In this document: one piece after another, positions 35,460 to 38,299 of the stretch
Layout of the letters: each line of letters opens with the position of its first letter
How positions within the stretch are numbered: the stretch's first letter is position 1
Source: a virus
Taxonomy: Duplodnaviria > Caudoviricetes
Length of the DNA: 38,299 bases
Direction: 5' to 3' (one strand)
Virus record (IMG/VR): IMGVR_UViG_3300044711_000140
Location: 1 to 38,299 of that record
Program-made: the position numbers and the translations under genes
The notes under the pieces: model-generated
What the model saw: only the letters and a program-made list of their open reading frames with translations
The model's database searches: none
Told to the model about the DNA's origin: nothing

Positions 35460-35729
35460 ATGGCCACGCGACAGATCACCTGCTACATCGCCGTCTGCGA
35501 CCTATGCGGCACCAGCAAAACCCTCGACGACTACGCACCCCACGCGGAATCCGCGCAGGCCGTCATCGACATCGTCACCGAAAAATGGGGCGAACCGAAA
35601 AACGGATGGACGCACACACCCGACGGCAAGCTCGTATGCGACACCGTCAACGACGAGGCACACCGAACCGTCCACGAAGAAGCCGGAAAGACGATCAGCG
35701 CCTGCGCCATGACCGTCAGCTTCAACTGA
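35460..35729 (+). CDS. Hypothetical zinc-binding protein (paralog of 17898..18170)
   Basis: CDLCG...GW...VC..H. Confidence 0.7.
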   Translation: MATRQITCYIAVCDLCGTSKTLDDYAPHAESAQAVIDIVTEKWGEPKNGWTHTPDGKLVCDTVNDEAHRTVHEEAGKTISACAMTVSFN

Positions 35730-35752
35730 ACAGGCGGACACCCGCCCCACCT

Positions 35753-35782
35753 CAGTACCCCCGCCACACCGCGGGGGTACTG
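35753..35782. terminator. Stem-loop ending the operon
   Basis: cagtacccccgc-cacacc-gcgggggtactg, 12-bp stem. Confidence 0.65.
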
Positions 35783-35806
35783 GCGCGTCGGGGCCATACT
35801 GGCGGA

Positions 35807-36064
35807 ATGAGCGCCGCGATCCGCTACCTGTGCCCGGTCGTCGACTGCGACTGGCGCTACGACGAAGCCGCCCCCGGACTGGCTGATCTCACCGGACTGG
35901 CAGCGGCCCCCGACGCCGTCACCCTCAACGAGATCAGCGCCAGCAACGCCGAACAGGCCGGCCGGCGCCGCGCCGAAGAGACCGAGGTAGTTCTCCGGGG
36001 GCATCTCGCGACGCACGGCATCCACACCGCCGATGAGCTGGCGGCCCTCCTCGCAGGCGCGTGA
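35807..36064 (+). CDS. Hypothetical protein, split C2H2-like; possibly leaderless
   Basis: CPVVDC...HLATH; CATACT 6 nt upstream of the ATG. Confidence 0.6.
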   Translation: MSAAIRYLCPVVDCDWRYDEAAPGLADLTGLAAAPDAVTLNEISASNAEQAGRRRAEETEVVLRGHLATHGIHTADELAALLAGA

Positions 36065-36147
36065 CCCCCAGCGCATAACCCCCCCGGGCTTGTCGGGCGA
36101 GTGCCGCACAATACGGCCAAGACCCGCACGCACCCGGGAGGCACCCC

Positions 36148-36825
36148 ATGCCCGAAACCGACCAGACCCCCGAACACCGCTGCACCCACTGCCCCCGCCT
36201 CCTGCGCAAAGACGAACTCCACCGACAGGCCTGCCGCGTCTGCGAAACCCGCGCCACCGAGCAAGTCCAAGCACTCCCCGCCCTGTATCGCCAACTGGAA
36301 GCCGCCCTGCAGCCCGGCAGCACCGGTGGCAACGCCGGGCGTCCAGCAGCCGGTCGAACCGCACCCATACCCGTCGTCCTGCAGCCCCTCACCCTGCGCG
36401 GCCCCGGCGGAATCGTGTCCATGCTCCTCGGCATCGAGCAGCGCTGGCGCATCCAACTCGACTGGGGCTACCTGCCACTGCGAGGCGGCTACGAAACCAC
36501 CCTCGACGGAACCGCCGCAGTCATCGTCAACAACCTGCCGTGGGCCTGCGACCAATACGAGGGCGTGGCCGCCGACCTGATGCTGATAGGCAGTCTCCAC
36601 GCGCAGGCCACACAGGCAGTGACCGGCGAGCGGGACGTGCGCGTGCCCGTCGGCGCCTGCCCCGTCGTCAACGACGACACAGGGGTGGGGTGCGGGCAGC
36701 CGTTGAAGGTGTCGCCGTGGGCGTCCTCAATCCGCTGCACAGCATGCGGAACTTCGTGGCAGCGCGATGAATGGCTGCACCTCGGGGCCGTCATACGCGG
36801 CCTCGCTGCCCCCGTCGCGGCCTGA
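36148..36825 (+). CDS. Zinc-binding phage protein, possible late-gene regulator
   Basis: RBS GGGAGG; N-terminal CxxC..CxxC, C-terminal GACP..CG..L...IRCTACG..W; position before HTH/HNH. Confidence 0.7.
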   Translation: MPETDQTPEHRCTHCPRLLRKDELHRQACRVCETRATEQVQALPALYRQLEAALQPGSTGGNAGRPAAGRTAPIPVVLQPLTLRGPGGIVSMLLGIEQRWRIQLDWGYLPLRGGYETTLDGTAAVIVNNLPWACDQYEGVAADLMLIGSLHAQATQAVTGERDVRVPVGACPVVNDDTGVGCGQPLKVSPWASSIRCTACGTSWQRDEWLHLGAVIRGLAAPVAA

Positions 36826-36892
36826 CCAGGCCGGTAGTTGAAATCGGGGCTGACCGAGCGTAACGTCTGCTCCACTGGATCTTCTATCGCAT

Positions 36893-36918
36893 GGGCCGCC
36901 CACATGGGCGGCCCTTTC
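36893..36918 (+). terminator. Stem-loop with U tail
   Basis: gggccgccc-acat-gggcggccc-tttc. Confidence 0.6.
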
Positions 36919-36932
36919 GCACACCGGGGGTG

Positions 36933-37157
36933 ATGATGCCCCCCTTCCTTGTCACGGAAGAACTCGCCGCCGTCTGGACAGGCCGCCCCGCCTCCACGAT
37001 CCGCCGCTGGGCAACCGAAGGGCGCATCAGCCGCCATGGGCAGGGCCGGGGCAACGTCCGCTACGACCTGGCGGAGTTGCACCCGAAGACGGAAGACGAG
37101 GACGGCAACGTGGTGCCCGGCAAAGCCCCTGCCATGCCCACGAGGATCGCCGCCTGA
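36933..37157 (+). CDS. Small MerR/excisionase-like HTH protein
   Basis: AAVWTGRPASTIRRWATEGRI...RYDLAEL. Confidence 0.7.
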   Translation: MMPPFLVTEELAAVWTGRPASTIRRWATEGRISRHGQGRGNVRYDLAELHPKTEDEDGNVVPGKAPAMPTRIAA

Positions 37158-37300
37158 CCCCACCACTGCCCCGCCGGTTCTGCCGATGCCGATGCCGGGG
37201 CTTGCCCGCTGATGCCAGAAGGTGATGCCCGCCCCTCGCGGCCCGGCCGACGGGACCCGGGCCGCGAGCAATCCACCCAGACGGCACCACGGGAGGCACC

Positions 37301-37450
37301 GTGTTCGACATCGTCTGCTACCTGGTCGCCGTCGTCCTCTTCGGCATCGCGGCCCTGCTGCCCGTCATGCCCTACCGAGACCGCATCGCCTACGCCGGCC
37401 TCACCGCGTTCGCCCTGCCGTTCCTCATCCACGCCATACAGGCCCGGTAG
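37301..37450 (+). CDS. 49-aa two-TM membrane protein
   Basis: Translated by hand (MFDIVCYLVAVVLFGIAALLP...); RBS GGGAGG. Confidence 0.65.
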   Translation: MFDIVCYLVAVVLFGIAALLPVMPYRDRIAYAGLTAFALPFLIHAIQAR

Positions 37451-37452
37451 TC

Positions 37453-37764
37453 GTGACGCCCATCGTCCGCACCGTCCGCACCTGCGTCGCCTGCCCGTCA
37501 CAGTGGAACGCCTGGACCGCCGACGGCCAGTACCTGTACCTGCGCTACCGGTCCGGCATCGGCACCGCCGACACCTACACCAGCCCCGACTTGGACACGT
37601 GGACGCGAATCCCCGACGGCAACGTCGCGCGGTTCGACACCGACGACCGTCACCACAGCGAACTCGACCTCGACGAATTCTGCGACCTTGCCGGCCTGAC
37701 GCTCGCCGACGATGTGGACGAACAAGAGGGCCAAGCCCCGATCCGCGTCCTTCGCATCGGCTGA
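37453..37764 (+). CDS. Hypothetical phage protein
   Basis: TCVACPSQW...DGQYLYLRYRSG. Confidence 0.7.
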   Translation: MTPIVRTVRTCVACPSQWNAWTADGQYLYLRYRSGIGTADTYTSPDLDTWTRIPDGNVARFDTDDRHHSELDLDEFCDLAGLTLADDVDEQEGQAPIRVLRIG

Positions 37765-37783
37765 CCAGTCGCGAGAGGTGCTC

Positions 37784-38128
37784 ATGCCCGGACGCCGGCC
37801 GCGACCCTGCCTCGACTGCGGCACCCTAACCCGCAACCCGTCCCGCTGCGACGAGCACCAAGCCGCGTGGGAGCGCCGCAGGGAAGCCGCCCGTGGCAGT
37901 TCCACGCAGCGCGGCTACACCACCCAGTGGCGCCGCACGGCCGAGGCCGCAGTCGCCCAGCATCGCGCGACCCATGGCGATTGGTGCCCAGGCTTTCGAG
38001 TGCCGCCGCATCAGGCGAGCGACCTCACCGCCGACCACATCGTGCCCAAAGCCCGAGGCGGCACCGACGACCCATCGAACGTGCAGGTACTGTGCCGCGG
38101 CTGCAACGCCCGCAAGCACGCCGGCTGA
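37784..38128 (+). CDS. HNH endonuclease (terminase-associated type)
   Basis: RGY..QWR...DHIVPKARGGTDDPSNVQVLCRGCNARK; RBS GAGGTG. Confidence 0.9.
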   Translation: MPGRRPRPCLDCGTLTRNPSRCDEHQAAWERRREAARGSSTQRGYTTQWRRTAEAAVAQHRATHGDWCPGFRVPPHQASDLTADHIVPKARGGTDDPSNVQVLCRGCNARKHAG

Positions 38129-38299
38129 CCACCGACCCGCACCGGCAAGGCCGGGTTGTCACGACCGGTCACCACCCTCGGCGGCCACGACCACCCGACA
38201 TCAGCAAACCCACAGGTCAGAGGCTTGCCAGCCGAGGCGATCAGGCAGCGTCGCAGGTGGGGGGGCATGTTGATCTTGCTGGCTCTGTGGCGCCCCGAC

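Larger units (their letters stand above)
1..38299. mobile_element. Actinobacterial (Streptomyces-like) prophage/temperate phage, early region through pre-packaging HNH
   Basis: RecE-like nuclease, Sak4-like ATPase, antirepressors, initiator-DnaC-DnaB module, many small coupled ORFs, terminal HNH; no host housekeeping genes. Confidence 0.9.

Overview
This is a high-GC (actinobacterial, most likely Streptomyces-type) temperate phage/prophage segment, read mostly on the + strand with ATGA/GTGA-coupled genes. In order it contains: (1) a recombination module (RecE/Exo VIII-like nuclease, Sak4-like ATPase) and an antirepressor; (2) a TGT-fold DpdA-like gene, an orphan Phd antitoxin and an HNH protein; (3) a lambda-style replication module (initiator with internal repeats, DnaC-like loader, DnaB); (4) accessory genes including MazG, an atypical C5 DNA methyltransferase, a PP-loop/PAPS-reductase-like protein, a HIT protein and a tRNA-like gene with the rare UAA (Leu, bldA-type) anticodon; (5) oppositely oriented moron genes; (6) an ~11 kb block resembling the transfer region of Streptomyces plasmids/AICEs (XRE, two NUDIX genes, Spd-like membrane protein, TraB-like FtsK translocase, palindromic clt-like site) with no replicase or integrase of its own; and (7) the pre-packaging genes ending in an HNH nuclease, probably near a cos region. 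The strongest novelty candidates are the phage-embedded TraB module, the UAA tRNA, and the DNA-modification gene set. All family calls come from motif recognition by eye, not database searches.
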